Shown piece by piece: positions 20,700 through 35,499 of a stretch of 64,000 bases of DNA. This stretch comes from Eledone cirrhosa (taxonomy: Eukaryota). The notes beneath the pieces are model-generated. The model made no database searches. It was given only the letters and a program-made list of their open reading frames with translations, and had not been told where the DNA came from. The first letter of the stretch is position 1. Each line of letters starts with the position of its first letter. The position numbers and the translations under genes were made by a program. The stretch spans positions 1 through 64,000 of the forward strand of contig CAXHJY010001706.1 of assembly GCA_964016885.1 (NCBI GenBank). The letters are read 5' to 3'.

Positions 20700-21115
20700 T
20701 TTCTCTCTCTCCCCCTCTCTCTCTCTTGCTCTCTCTCTCCCTCTCTCTCTCTCCCTCTCTCTCTTGCTCTCTCTCTCTTTCTCCCCCTCTCTCTCTGTCT
20801 GTCTGTCTGTCTCTCCCTATTTCTCTCTCTCTGTCCCTATTTCTTCTCCCCCCCTCTCTCTCTCTATCTCTCTCTCTCCCCATTTCTATCACATACATTC
20901 CATCACCCCACCCCACCCCTCACACATACACACTGACATATATATATATATATACATGACACGTACACAAACACATACATATATACATGCATATGTGACA
21001 CATACACCCACACACACGCTCACACACACATATATACCCACACACATAGCTTGATCATTCTTTTAAATAGAACAGGTCATATAAGTGGCAACTATATGTC
21101 TGTATACACACATTA

Positions 21116-21152
<37 letters not shown>

Positions 21153-21208
21153 TATGAACATATATATATATCTTCATCATCATCATTTAATGTCCATTTT
21201 CCACACTA

Positions 21209-21246
<38 letters not shown>

Positions 21247-21359
21247 CACACATACATATATACATATATATATATTATATATATATATTTTATATACATA
21301 TATATATTGTATATACATATATATATTATATATAATACATATAGTATATTTTCCACACT

Positions 21360-21406
<47 letters not shown>

Positions 21407-21520
21407 CACACATACATATATACATATATATATATTATATATATATATTTTATATACATATATATATTGTATATACATATATATATTATATATAATACAT
21501 ATAGTATATATATATATATG
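20700..21520. repeat. (CT)n, (CA)n and (TA)n tracts including a 152-bp tandem duplication
   Basis: TTTTCCACACTATACAT near 21197 and 21349. Confidence 0.85.
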
Positions 21521-21637
21521 TGTAAGTGTAAGAACATACCATATTCCAGTATACCACATCTTATATTCATCTCTCCTCATTTTCATCATATTTCTGTTTA
21601 CATTAAATATTTCTTAAAATCTCAGATATTATTTCAC

Positions 21638-21820
21638 ATTGGCAGTATCGGTAGAGGGTCGGACACCATGCTTTCCACCATAGTTACGTCCCTTTACGAT
21701 CTGAGTTCACATCCCGCCGAGGTTGACTTTGCCTTTCATCCTTACGGGGTCGATAAAATAAAGTACCAGTAATGCACTGGGTAATTGCTGGCCTTGTGCC
21801 TAAAGTAGAAACAATTATTT
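21638..21820 (+). mobile_element. tRNA-derived SINE (family B)
   Basis: A-box-like TGGCAGTATCGG, B-box-like GAGTTCACATCC, core GTTGACTTTGCCTTTCATCC...GTCGATAAAATAAAGTACCAG; four copies in the window. Confidence 0.8.
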
Positions 21821-21825
21821 CACAT

Positions 21826-21863
<38 letters not shown>

Positions 21864-21928
21864 CACACAAGTATGTATGTGCATACACACACAAACACAC
21901 ACACACATATATATATATATATAAATAT

Positions 21929-22120
21929 AAATAATTGTTTCTACTTTAGGCACAAGGCCAGCAATTACCCAGTACATTACTGGTACTTTATTTTATCGAC
22001 CCCGTAAGGATGAAAGGCAAAGTTAACCTCGGCGAGATTTGAACTCAGACTGTAAAGGGACATAACTATGCTAGAAATCATGGCCTCCAACCCTCTACCG
22101 ATACTGCCAATTCACCACCC
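21929..22120 (-). mobile_element. tRNA-derived SINE (family B), inverted relative to its neighbour
   Basis: Reverse complement of 21638-21820 with the same tail. Confidence 0.8.
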
Positions 22121-22180
22121 TATATATATAATATATATAAATTTTATATATAAATATAAATAATGTGTGTATATATATAT

Positions 22181-24610
22181 ATCATCATCATCATTTTACG
22201 TCCGCTTCTCCCTGCTTGCAAGGGTGGGACGGGTCTTATTCAGCACAGCATCTCTCCACTTGTCACGGTCCTTCGTCATCTCCTCCGTGAGTTTCAGCGA
22301 TCTGAGGTCTGTTCTCACCACCTCCACCCATGTTTATCGTGGTATACCTCTACCACGTCTTCCTTCTACTGGGATTTCTTGGCACTTCTTTACCCATCAG
22401 TCATCCTCCATGCGCATCACATGTCCATACCATCTCAGCCTTCTCTCCTGCACACTACAACTTATCCCTCTTATACCCAGTTTCTTTCTCAACTCGTCTA
22501 TGCTTGGTCGTTCACGCATATTGACATTGCACATCCAATGGAGCATGCTTGCTTCATTTCTCTCCAGCTGTCTCACATCCTCTGCAGTTGCTGCCCACGT
22601 CTCACTACCATGCAGCATCGCACATCTCACACAGGCATCATATAACCATCCTTTCGTACGCAGGGGGAAACCCTTCTTTGTCAACAGAGGAAGCAGCTCC
22701 CTAAACTTCTTCCAACCCGCCCTTATTCTAGATGCTATGGCTTCGGAACACTCACCTCCCATGCTAATCTGATTACCTAGGTACCGGAAGCTATCAACCA
22801 CTAATATAGAACCCACGTGCATTGGAAAAATGTGTCTATCATTGCGATTACTACTGCCAACTTTCCCTGTACATCTACTGTATACATAGTTTTCTCTACC
22901 TACCTACTCTCACTTTACTGACAGCACCTCTGTACATTGCTTGCACTGTCCTCACAAGCCATTCCTCTACACCTAGTTTCCTTAGGGACCACCAGATGAC
23001 AGATCGGGTTACCCTATCAAAGGCTTTCTCTAGGTCAACAAAAGCGAAGTATAGTGGTTTATTCTTCTCTAAGAACCTCTCTTGTAGTTGCCTCACTAAG
23101 AAGAGGGCATCTGTTGTACTTTTCCGAGGCACAAAACCAAACTGCATCTCATCTAATTTGACCCTTTCTCTAATCAGTTGTACTAATATTCTATCTGCCA
23201 CTTTCATAACCTGATCCATCAGCTTTATGCTCCTATAATTGCTCCTCTCCAGAGCATCCCCTTTACCTTTGTAGCAATTTATGAGAATACTGCTGCACCA
23301 GTCTTTGGGTATGACACCACCATATATAGCCTGATTGATGATGCGTGCAACCAGTTTAATGCCTACTTCACCTTATGCCTTCAGCATCTCAGCAACTATC
23401 CCTGGCGGTCCAGCAGCCTTACCGTTCTTCATTTCCTTAATTGCCTCTTGTACCCTATATTCGTCAATCTCAATAGCAGGACCCTCTGTTGGGTAATTTC
23501 TCTCTGTCCCATTCATTCTCCACATTCATCAGTCTCTCATAACGACATTTCTAGGCCTCCTTCTTTTGACCCCAGCATCATTCCGGACACATTTATCTCC
23601 AACAACATCCTGATTTGTACTGACTCACTGCCTTGCAATGTGGAACACCGCACGTCTCTGATCTTCCCGTCACAGAACATTGGCAAACCACCTACTCTCA
23701 GCCTCCTTGTGTGCTAAGTACACCTGACGTCTAGCTTCTCTCTTAGCGGCTGTATATCATTCTCTACTCCCCCCATTTTTCCAAGCCTTCCATGCCAGTC
23801 TTTTGTCTCTAATGGCCCTATCTACCGTGCTGTTCCACCACCAGGTCACTCTCTGCCTGGTTGAAGCTCTGCCCCAACCACAAGTTTCTTCAGTAGCCTG
23901 CAGTAAGTTGTCACATAAGAAATTCCAGTTATTATCTGTCATACAACTCTAAATCGTCTTCTTTTTCGTCATACATGTCTTGAAGGGCTTTCCTAAATTT
24001 GTATTTTAGTGAAAGGTCTTTTAGCTTCCAGACCTTTCTTTTCCACACCTTCCTCTATGTCTCATACTTTCTCATGCTTACTGAGATGTCACTAACGACT
24101 AACCTATGCTGTGGGGTACATTCTTCCCCGGGGTATGCCTTGGTATTAGACACTATCTGCCTGTCCCGCTGTCTAACTAGCAGGAAGTCAACCTGGCTAA
24201 TGTGCTCACCTGATTTGTAGGTTATTAGGTCGTTGGTAGGCTTCTGGAAGTTAGTGCATTTGCATCACAAAATTCAAGAAGCCTCACTCCTTCATTTCTT
24301 GAGCCGTAACCGTGCCGACCATCTACCCCAGTGTGTCCATCCTGGAGCTGTCCAACATGTCCATTGAAGTCCCCTGCTAGCATAACAATGTCTCTGTCCT
24401 CTGTCAATGAGGCTGTTTGTAAAAGTTGCTCGTAAAAGCAGTCTTTCTCTTCTGTACCTAGGCCTGCCTGGGGAGCATAGGAAGAGATGATTGTCAGTAG
24501 TCTCCTGCCTACAACTAATGTAATCTTAATTATTCTATCACTAACTCTAACTACCTCTATTGTCTTATTGATCCATCTCTCAGCCAGTAATATGGCCACC
24601 CAGAAAAGCT
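22181..24610 (-). mobile_element. Decayed RTE-clade LINE (APE + partial RT, internal deletions)
   Basis: SYAPQAG...AGDFNGHVG (APE); QFGFVPRKSTTDA...AFVDLEKAFDRV; FRYLG; MLHGSETW; RRLRWYGHVMRM; (GAT)n tail on the minus strand. Confidence 0.9.
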
Positions 24611-24629
24611 TATAACTACGATGTTATAT

Positions 24630-24751
24630 ATAGGAAAATAGTCAGGACCCCGACGGCTGAGCTCCGGCTGTTTCGAGAGCTAGATCCGACTTTGGATCTA
24701 GCTGTTGCAGCAGCCGGAGCTCAGTCGTTGGGGTCCTGACTCTTTTCCTAT
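24630..24751. mobile_element. About 122-bp palindromic MITE-like element
   Basis: ATAGGAAAATAGTCAGGACCCCGACGGCTGAGCTCCGGCTG...AGCTAGATCC-gacttt-GGATCTAGCT...CAGCCGGAGCTCAGTCGTTGGGGTCCTGACTCTTTTCCTAT. Confidence 0.75.
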
Positions 24752-24779
24752 TTCCCACTCTACTACCCAAAGGTAGACC

Positions 24780-25473
24780 CTTTTTTTTCCTGAACAACTA
24801 CTATATACAAAGTTTTCCCTACCTGTTAGTTTACCTGCTATCCCACTACACCTCTTGTGTCCCCAAGATCTGCATTGTGTACATTTTATGGAATTTATGC
24901 CAGTTCCTTTCCTACATATCGAACATGGCCATTTCCTTGATGGAATCGGAGTTTTGTCCTCTCTTCTACTCATCAACACTTTAGTCTTTGCTAAGTTCAC
25001 TCTCAGTCCTCTTACTTCCAACTGCTGTTTCCATAGCCAGAATTTCTTCTCTAGCTCCTCTACTGATTCTGCTATAAGAACCAGATCATCAGCATAGAGA
25101 AGTTCCCATGGACAGCCAGTCTTAAACTCCTCTGTTATGGCTTGGAGGACTATAATGAACAAGAGTGGGCTGAGGACTGAACCCTGATGTACACCTACTT
25201 GTATCTGGAATTCCTCGCTAAACTCCATTCCTACACTCACTTTACTGACTGCACCCTTGTACATAGTTTGCACTGTCCTCACAAGCCATTCCTCAACACC
25301 TAGTTTCGTTAGGGACCACCAGATGACAGATCGGGGTACCCTATCAAAGGCCTTCTCTAGGTCAACAAAAGCTAAGTATAGTGCCCTATTCTTCTCTAAC
25401 AACCTTCTTTGTAGTTGCCTCACTGAGAAGAGGGCATCTGTTGTACTTTTCCCAGGCACAAAACCGAACTGCA
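24780..25473 (-). mobile_element. RTE RT core fragment
   Basis: MQFGFVPGKSTTDA...GVHQGSVLSPLLF...LLYADD...CSIC/CTQC-HKRC zinc insert. Confidence 0.9.
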
Positions 25474-25524
25474 TAAATAGACATACAGGTAGATAGATAG
25501 ACAAACAGACAGGTATATAGATAA

Positions 25525-27995
25525 ATTTCTTTATTTGCCACAGGGGTGTACAACAATGGGACATTACAAGACGTGACAGCAGGGTTTTTACATAAAATCT
25601 TTAACAATAATAATGGATAACAATAAAATATATACAAAATAAAACAATCAAAGTCCCCAGTAGGGGGGAAACGTTACTGTGGGGTTGTTTTACACCCCGT
25701 GGATAGAACAACCCTCAACACCAGGAACACGTTTTGTAGATGTTCCCGTCTTCCCTCTGTTTATCTTCCTCAACCTACAGGTTTATATACAGAGAAGGCC
25801 CATTCACTCGGGCCATTTTCGCCACATTCACCCACCTTTCAGTGAATTTACTGGGGTGTAGCACCTCTCTCTCCACTCTCACCTTCTTTCTGAAGTGGTA
25901 CTTAAAGAGGGTAGCTGTTCGATATAATTCCACAGGTCAGTCACCCCTGGGCACTGAACAATTGCATGCAGAACGGTTTCAATGTCCTGCTCGCATCTTG
26001 GACAGGTCCTTTTGGCAGGATCTCTGCCAGGGCGTCTGTGCCTGTAGATTTTGTCTCAAATTGGTAGAGCTCCTCGGGTAGCACTGCCAGGCCAGAGACC
26101 TCTGGAAGTTATCCAAAGGCCCTGGACGGAAAATCCTCCCAAACAGACTGGCCAGTTCCTCCTCTTTGGTGACTAGAGTTTCCCCGAGAACATTGTTGCC
26201 CTTATCCTCCACTAATCCCCTATAGTATGTCGAAGTGGAGTCTCCGCTGATTGCCGTTTCCGCTTGGTAGAGGGCTGTGGGCACCTGAAGGCACTCGATG
26301 TAGATAGACAGATATAAATATATAGACAGATACATAGACATGTAGACAGATAAAAAAATAGATATGTTTCTTTTATTTGCCACCAGGGCATCAAAAGTGG
26401 GACAAGTACAAAGGGGGAGTTTACACAAAAAGGCGTCCTCTATAAGGAGGAGGCAATAACAGTATATAAAAATAAAATAAAATATAACAAAAAATAAAAT
26501 TTATAACAAAATCCTCAATAGAGAGGAGGCGCCTTGGGGGGTTGCACACACCCCCGAAAAAAGTGTGCAACCCTTTTCCTCAGGAGCACAGAGAGGGGGT
26601 GCTCCCTCGTTCCTTCCTCTTTTCCACCTACAGGCTTATGTAAAGAGAAGGCCCATTCACACGGGCCATTCTCGCCACTTTCACCCACCTTTCATAAAAA
26701 CGACTGGGGTGGAGCACCTCTCTCTCCATCCTGATCCTTCTTCCGAAATGATATTGGAAGAAACGGACCAGTTGTTGGCCAGAGAGAAAAGTGCCCGACC
26801 TCAGTCCTTTCAGACGCGTCCACCATACAACTTCTTTCACCATGGCTATTACGCACAGAAACACCGCCTCTCCTTCATCTTTGAAGGGGGGAGGCGGCTT
26901 GATCATTACAATAGACTCGGTGGTTAACCGGATCGGTGCCACCCTTGACAGCAGTTGTTCGACATAGCCCCACAGATCGGCTACGCCCGAGCAGTGTACC
27001 AATGCGTGTGCAACGGTTTCCTCGTCGCACACGCATCTGGGACAGATCTTTTTGGCGGGGTCCCTACCCGGGCGCCCGTGTCTGTAGAGCTTTTCTCGAA
27101 TGGGTAGAGCCCCTCGGTAGCACTGCCAGGCCAGGGACTTCTGGAAGTTGTCCATCGGTCCCGGGCTGAATGTCCTACCGAACAGGCTGGCCAGTTCGTC
27201 CTCCTCCATGTCTAGGGCTTCTCCGAGGGCGTCGTCGCACCTGCTGCGTACCAGCCCTCTATAGAATGTTGCGGTGGAGTCTTCACTGATAACCGGATCC
27301 GCCTGCCAGAGGGCGGTGAGCTCCTCATGTAGCACTGCCAGGCCAGAGACCTCTGGAAGTTATCCAAAGGCCCTGGACGGAAAATCCTCCCAAACAGACT
27401 GGCCAGTTCCTCCTCTTCGGTGACTAGAGTTTCCCCGAGAACATTGTCGCCCTTATCCTCCACTAATCCCCTATAGTATGTCGAAGTGGAGTCTCCGCTG
27501 ATTGCCGTTTCCGCTTGGTAGAGGGCTGTGGGCGCCTGAAGGCACTCGATGTAGATAGACAGATATAAATATATAGACAGATACATAGACATGAAGATAG
27601 ATAAAAAAATAGATAGACAGACAGACAGATATAGATAGGCAGACAGATAGATATAGATATATTTCTTTATTAGCCACAAGGGTGCACAAGAAAAGGGGAC
27701 AAAACAAAGATACATGCCGGGGATTTTACATACAGTCGTGTAAAAATATAAAAACAAACAATTACAACAATCGAAATCCCCAATAGGGGGGGGAGGTGCC
27801 ACAAATGGGTTGTTTAATACCCCATAGATAGAACAACCCTCAACTTCAGGAGCGTGTTGTGCAAGTGCTCCTTTCTTTTCCTCTCTTTTTCAACCTACAG
27901 GTTTATATACAGAGAAGGCCCAATCACTCGGGCCATTTTTGCCACATTCACCCACCTTTCAGTAAATTTACTGGGGTGTAGCACCTCTCTCTCCA
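25525..27995 (-). mobile_element. Head-to-tail cluster of L1/Tx1-like LINE 3' fragments separated by (GATA/GACA)n
   Basis: zf-RVT-like LAWQCYRGALPIREKL...CPRC...EETVAHALVHC (26628-27335). Three AATAAA(A)GAAA ends near 25527, 26367 and 27662 each abut GATA/GACA repeats; 26076-26360 is duplicated at 27329-27615. Confidence 0.8.
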
Positions 27996-28217
27996 GATAG
28001 GCAGACAGGTTGATAGATTAGGCAGAGAGAGAGACAGACATATAGAGAGACAGGTGGCTAGACATGCATATGTCCTTAGACTACATTAATATAGATATTT
28101 CCTGTGTGACAGTCATGTAACATTATGGAATCTTGTGGTATGTATACACCCCCTCGTGTTTACATCACCCCACCCCTCTCTCACACCTCTACCACACCTC
28201 TTCCTGTCACACCTGAT

Positions 28218-29366
<1,149 letters not shown>

Positions 29367-29577
29367 AAAAAATGATTAGTAAAAAGGAAAAGAAAATGCT
29401 GACAGATTTTTTCCACTGAAAAATAGTTTAATTAGGAATAAGTAATGGTTAGTATTCAGTGTTAGTTTTAAGTTTTTTACCGGTTCCGCATTTCAAATGC
29501 TTTTCAAAAATAATTTTGAGAATAATTTTGATATATATACATATATATACATATGTATATATATGTATATATGTATA

Positions 29578-30187
29578 TGGTGGCTGCCAACTCGTTTTCG
29601 AGTACGGCCACTACTTTATATCCATGTAGGAGAACACCTACCGATGCGCTGAACGAGTGTGACTTTTTAGTCCAGCCAGCGACTTGAAAACTCTGGTACA
29701 AACACTACACTTGTGACAATTATTGACACATAGTGCTGGGCCCATGGCACCATGTGACGACAAGTGCAGAGAGATCTCCAGATATAAAGCAATGCCTGTG
29801 CCGTGAAGTTTTTATAGTGAGCAAAGGCACTGCACAAAGCCAGTCCCACTCTCTTAACCAAGATGATATTTACCAAAAAGAAGAACAAGTCAACATCATT
29901 GGATATCATCAGGGTTGCAGGTGTGATATCAGAGTTTTCCTTCTCCTAGAATTCTGCCCTGACAAAGGCTAAGGGGTCATCTCTCCCGGTGATTTTGGAT
30001 GGCCATTGACTCTTAAGAGCTCCTCTGCCCTTTGACAGGTTTTGCTTTTAGTCCTGCAGGATGTCCAAAGTCACCCTCCTCACCAAGAAACCTTGGTGGG
30101 GTTGCCAGTTTAGTTGCCAACGACCCGACCATGGGACAGGTTGTACTGGGATACATGTTACCAGTAGCACCAACTGGTGACCTGACA
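29578..30187 (-). mobile_element. Non-autonomous bipartite RTE derivative (copy 1)
   Basis: RTE-type 5'UTR motif CTAGGAGAAGGAAAACTCTGA fused to a 3' C2H2 remnant [22 protein letters not shown] and an ACTCG-AAAA-CGAGT hairpin; TA-repeat flanks. Confidence 0.8.
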
Positions 30188-30224
30188 TATATATGTATAT
30201 ATGTGTATATATATGTATATATGT

Positions 30225-30556
30225 ATCATCAACATTTCATTTTACGTCCGCTTTTCCCTGCTTGCAAGGATGGGACGGGAACTGATTCTGGCTTGACTTC
30301 TACAGCTGGATGCCCTTCCTAACACCAACCTCATTTACAGTGAGTGCTGGGTGCTTTTTTGGCGTGGCACCTCCACGACCACTTTGCAGTGGAATAATAG
30401 GGACCCCAGTCCCTATCATCTCATTTCTACAGCTGAGTAAACTGGAGCAATGTGAAATAAAGTGTCTTGCTCAAGGAAACAACACATCACATGGTCTGAG
30501 AATTGAACTCACAACCTTTCGATTGCAAAGCCAATGCTCTAACCACTAAGCCATGT
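30225..30556 (-). mobile_element. Full-length SINE family A
   Basis: Reverse complement of 29030-29366. Confidence 0.85.
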
Positions 30557-30602
30557 GTATATATATGCATATATGTATATATATATGTATATGCTTATAT
30601 AC

Positions 30603-30900
30603 ATAGCCTCATAGTCAGGACGAGACGTACTCGACAACAGAGGAAGACTATCCCCAGGAGAAAAATATGGAAGTTAAAGGACTCCACAGCCAGTAACAAA
30701 TTTAAAAGCATATTACTTGATGCTTTTGACAGTAAGGAAGAGCAGTTAGAGTCGTACAATATAGAGGAACAGTGGGAATTCCTGAAAGTTAACCTGAAAG
30801 TTAACCTATAGGCAGAAGGAGAGTAACATGGTGGTGGAACAGTAAGGTGGAGGAGTCAATCAAGGCCAAAAAGTAGGCTTGGAAAGTATGGCGGGATGGG
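30603..30900 (+). mobile_element. RTE internal fragment
   Basis: RRKIWKLKD...WEFLK...RRVTWWWN, homologous to 48060-48365. Confidence 0.8.
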
Positions 30901-31130
30901 AACCGAGACTAGAACATTTCTTTCAACAACTTTTCTGGTGAAACATATCTTTGGATATGTACGTGTGTTATATAGTTATAGAGGTATTTATTTACGCTTT
31001 AATTTATATTTTTAATTATCGTGTCTATAGTCTGCCTTTCATAGGTTATAGATTCCATACACTGGTGGTTTTTTCCCTGTATTATTGATGACGCACTATA
31101 TATCTCTCTCTGGTGTGTTACCTTCTCAAC

Positions 31131-31631
<501 letters not shown>

Positions 31632-31632
<1 letters not shown>

Positions 31633-32646
31633 ACTTTGAAATGTTTTGGCCAGTATTGGCCCAGGCCATGTCTAACTTAATAGCACCACCTGGCGAAGTC
31701 TTTCAATTCAGGATTTGGGCACCATGGCCCATTCGAGAAGAGAATTACTGTTTGCGGAGACATATCCGGGTGTGGGTGGTTTGTCCGGGATTACTTGGAG
31801 GAATTTGTCCAAAGACTTCTTGAATTTTGTGTGGTCAGTTTCTGTTTTGACGTGTCCTGGTGTGATGTTGAAGAGAGCAGGGCCGATTGAGGTGAAATAA
31901 TTGTGCCGTATTGTTGTTATGAGTTGCGATTTAGATTTTTGAATGGGACGGATAGCACGGGGCCCAAGCCTTGGGTGTATCTTGAAGGCGATGCCAACAT
32001 CATTTGGGCAGTGATGATGGAACATTTTCCACATCATGCAGATAATATAACGCTCACGGCGACGTTGGAGTGAGTAAAGTTTCAGGTTTTCTAATCGACC
32101 CCAGTAGTCAAGGTCTGACATGCCATCTATCTTTTTCGTGATTGCCCTTTGAGGAGCTTCAAGTTTCATGATACTTTGTTTCGTGTGGGGAGACCACAGT
32201 GGACAACAGTATTCAAGGTGTGGTCGGGCGAAAGTAGAGAAGAGAAGGATAATGGTGCGGGAATCTCTCGACTGGAAGGTTCTGAGGATCCAGGAACACA
32301 TTCTGCGGGCCATGTCAACTTTGCTGCTTATATGCGTGGTCCAGCTTATATTGCTGTCCACGGTTACTCCCAAGTCTCTGATGTTGTTAGATGCCACGAG
32401 AGTTTCCCCGGAGGGAAGGGAGTACGGGAGTTTCAGAGCATCCTCTTTTCCAAAGTGGATCAGTTCAAATTTGTCTTCGTTCAGTAACATGTTGTTCTTT
32501 TCTGCCCATTGGGTAACAGCCAGTAGGTCTGACTGAAGGCTTATCCGGTCATCCACGCCATTGATGACCTTTTGGAGCTTGGAATCATCAGCGAAAATTT
32601 TAATGTTGCTGTGTTTGATGATGTCAGTGATGTCATTAATATAGAT
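31632..32646 (-). mobile_element. CR1-group LINE, 5'-truncated copy 2
   Basis: ORF 31708-32556 is nearly identical to the C-terminus of 54650-56131; TA arrays on both sides. Confidence 0.92.
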
Positions 32647-32653
32647 ATATATG

Positions 32654-32722
<69 letters not shown>

Positions 32723-32733
32723 GTATATATGTA

Positions 32734-32814
<81 letters not shown>

Positions 32815-32902
32815 GTATATATGTATATATATATATATATATGTATATATATAAAATAAAGTTAAATAAAAGTCAAATGATTAAAATTTAGCTTCGTTTA
32901 TT

Positions 32903-32957
32903 ACTGCTATATATATTTCAGTGACAGCCATCTTTGGCTGTGACCTCTTCAGGCAGT
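32903..32957 (-). ncRNA. Minimal type I hammerhead ribozyme
   Basis: Minus strand: ACTGC-CTGAAGA-GGTCACAGCCA-aaga-TGGCTGTCACT-GAAA-TATATA-TA-GCAGT, then AATAAA. Perfect stem I and palindromic stem III. Confidence 0.9.
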
Positions 32958-33143
32958 TTGAATTAGTATGGTATAGACAAGTACATATGTTGTTTAGGTG
33001 TATGATATTGTCAATACTCTGATATGCCCAGTTCCTTGCTGGGTTGTTAATTCACTGGGGAACTGGAGTCATATCTATGTATATATATATATATATGTAT
33101 ATATATATCTATGTATATATATGTATATATAGTCATATCTATG

Positions 33144-33174
<31 letters not shown>

Positions 33175-33183
33175 GTATATATG

Positions 33184-33322
<139 letters not shown>

Positions 33323-33355
33323 GTATATATGTATATATATATATATGTATATATG

Positions 33356-33402
<47 letters not shown>

Positions 33403-33409
33403 GTATATA

Positions 33410-33867
33410 TCAAAGGGCAAGGGAGCTCTTAAGAGTCAATAGCCATCCAAAATCACCGGGAGAGATGACCCCTTAGCCTTTGTCAAGGCAGAATTCTAGG
33501 AGAAGGAAAACTCTGATATAACACCTGCAACCCTGATGGTATCCAATGATGTTGACTTGTTCTTCTTTTTGGTAAATATCATCTTGGTTAAGAGAGTGGG
33601 ACTGGCTTTGAGCAGTGCCTTTGCTCACTATAAAAGCTTCACAGCACAGGCATTGCTTTATATCTGGAGATCTCTCTGCACTTGTCGTCACATGGTACCA
33701 TGGGCCCTGCACTATGTGTCAATAATGGTCACAAGTGTAGTCTTTGTACCAGAGTTTTCAAGTCGCTGGCTAGACTAAAAAGTCACATTCGTTCAGCGCA
33801 TCGGTAGGGGTTCTCCTACATGGATATAAAGTAGTGGCCGTACTCGAAAACGAGTTGGCAGCCACCA
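33410..33867 (+). mobile_element. Non-autonomous RTE derivative (copy 2, 5'-truncated)
   Basis: Matches 52973-53430; TA flanks. Confidence 0.85.
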
Positions 33868-33882
33868 TATATATATATATAT

Positions 33883-34670
33883 GCCTAGCCAGAAGAATTT
33901 GTACCATTGTAGAAGATACGAATACCAGGTACAAACACCTAACCGAACTAAGAGAATTTTTGCTCAAACAAAAATACCCATCTCTACTTATAGAAAATGG
34001 CATACAGCGGGCTATAAAAATACCTATACAATAACTTAGAACAACCCAAGGAAGAAGAAACCAAGAACTGGTCATACCATTTATAATGACACACAACCCA
34101 TGTCACCAGAATATATTCAACACTGCCAAAGCAAACCTACCGATCATTGCTCAAAGTAATGAATTAAAAGGCTTAATCACAGATCGATCTTTGACTCTTA
34201 GTAAAAGACAGCCAAAAAATTTGAAGCAATTGCTAACAAAAGCAAAGTTTGACCTTAACAACAAAGACCAATCATTCACTGTATCTAAATGCAATGATAA
34301 TCGATGCGGCACATGTCAATCCATACACGCCGGTCAATATATGAAAACAAAAACTGGAAAAATATTCCCAAATGCAAATATGAACTGCAAAAGCAGAAAT
34401 CTAATTTACTGCATTAAATACCCGAATTGTGAAGAACTATATGTCGGTCAAACTGGAAATGCACTATCGGAACGTGCACGGGTACACCGTCAACAAATCA
34501 GAGACCCAAATGTCCGTCAGATACCCCTAAGCGGCCACCTGGCAACATGTGGTCAGGGAATATTTATAATATTCCCATTCTACAAATTACACAGCCCAAG
34601 TGAAATCAAGAGAAAAATCAAAGAAAAGAATTTTATTGATAAATTCAAACCCAAGCTAAATGAACAATAA
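33883..34670 (+). pseudogene. Penelope-like element: RT thumb/linker + GIY-YIG endonuclease, 5'-truncated, one in-frame stop
   Basis: LARRICTIV...QKYP; KCNDNRCGTC; NCKSRNLIYCI...LYVGQTG...RARVH...HL...KEKNFIDKFKPKLN. Confidence 0.92.
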
Positions 34671-35044
34671 TAACGCCTAGGGGTATTACTTCTACTACCA
34701 CTATGACCACGACCACCACCACCAACAACAACAACAACAACAATAATAATAAAAGTGATGTTGATGGTGATGATTAATAGAAAATGCTATTTTCATCATT
34801 TCAAAAAGCAAAACAATTGATACGTTAGGTATGCCTATTGGTCGTTAGCATGCTCAACCAGCCGTGATGCTTAAACCAATCAGCTGTAGTAATTCAGTGA
34901 AACTACACACTGATTGGTCGAAATACAGTTTACAGGGCTTTGCATTCTGGAGCCACTTTTCTCTGTATAAAATGTATAAAAGGTAGTAAATTTACCCATC
35001 TCATTACAGTTGAAAATTGCAAACTCGACTGTCACCACATATCA

Positions 35045-35083
35045 TGAACCTGAAGATTGCGAAAGCATGAAAGTACTTGTTCA
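35045..35083 (+). ncRNA. Minimal hammerhead ribozyme in the Penelope 3' pseudo-LTR
   Basis: TGAAC-CTGAAGA-TTGC-gaaa-GCAT-GAAA-GTAC-TT-GTTCA; 375 nt downstream of the GIY-YIG stop on the same strand. Confidence 0.88.
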
Positions 35084-35379
35084 ATTAACACTTAGAATTT
35101 AATATTCTATCATACTATTTCATTATAATACCATATTATATATATTTTAAAGGATTGTAAATAAAACGAGTAAATCAGACAAAGTTGGAATTCCTCTTAT
35201 TAATATAATCTTCTATACACAATCATACACACCCGTGTATATTTACCTATCTATATCTCTATATGTATATATATATATGTATATATATATGTATATATAT
35301 ATGTGTGTATATATATATGTATATATATATATGTATATATATATATGTATATATATATATATGTATATATATATATGTG

Positions 35380-35495
<116 letters not shown>

Positions 35496-35499
35496 GTAT

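Noticed and set aside
30908-30961. Half hammerhead (stem II, GAAA, CATATC/GATATG stem III, GTA)
   Set aside because: The CTGAnGA core is missing, replaced by RTE sequence.
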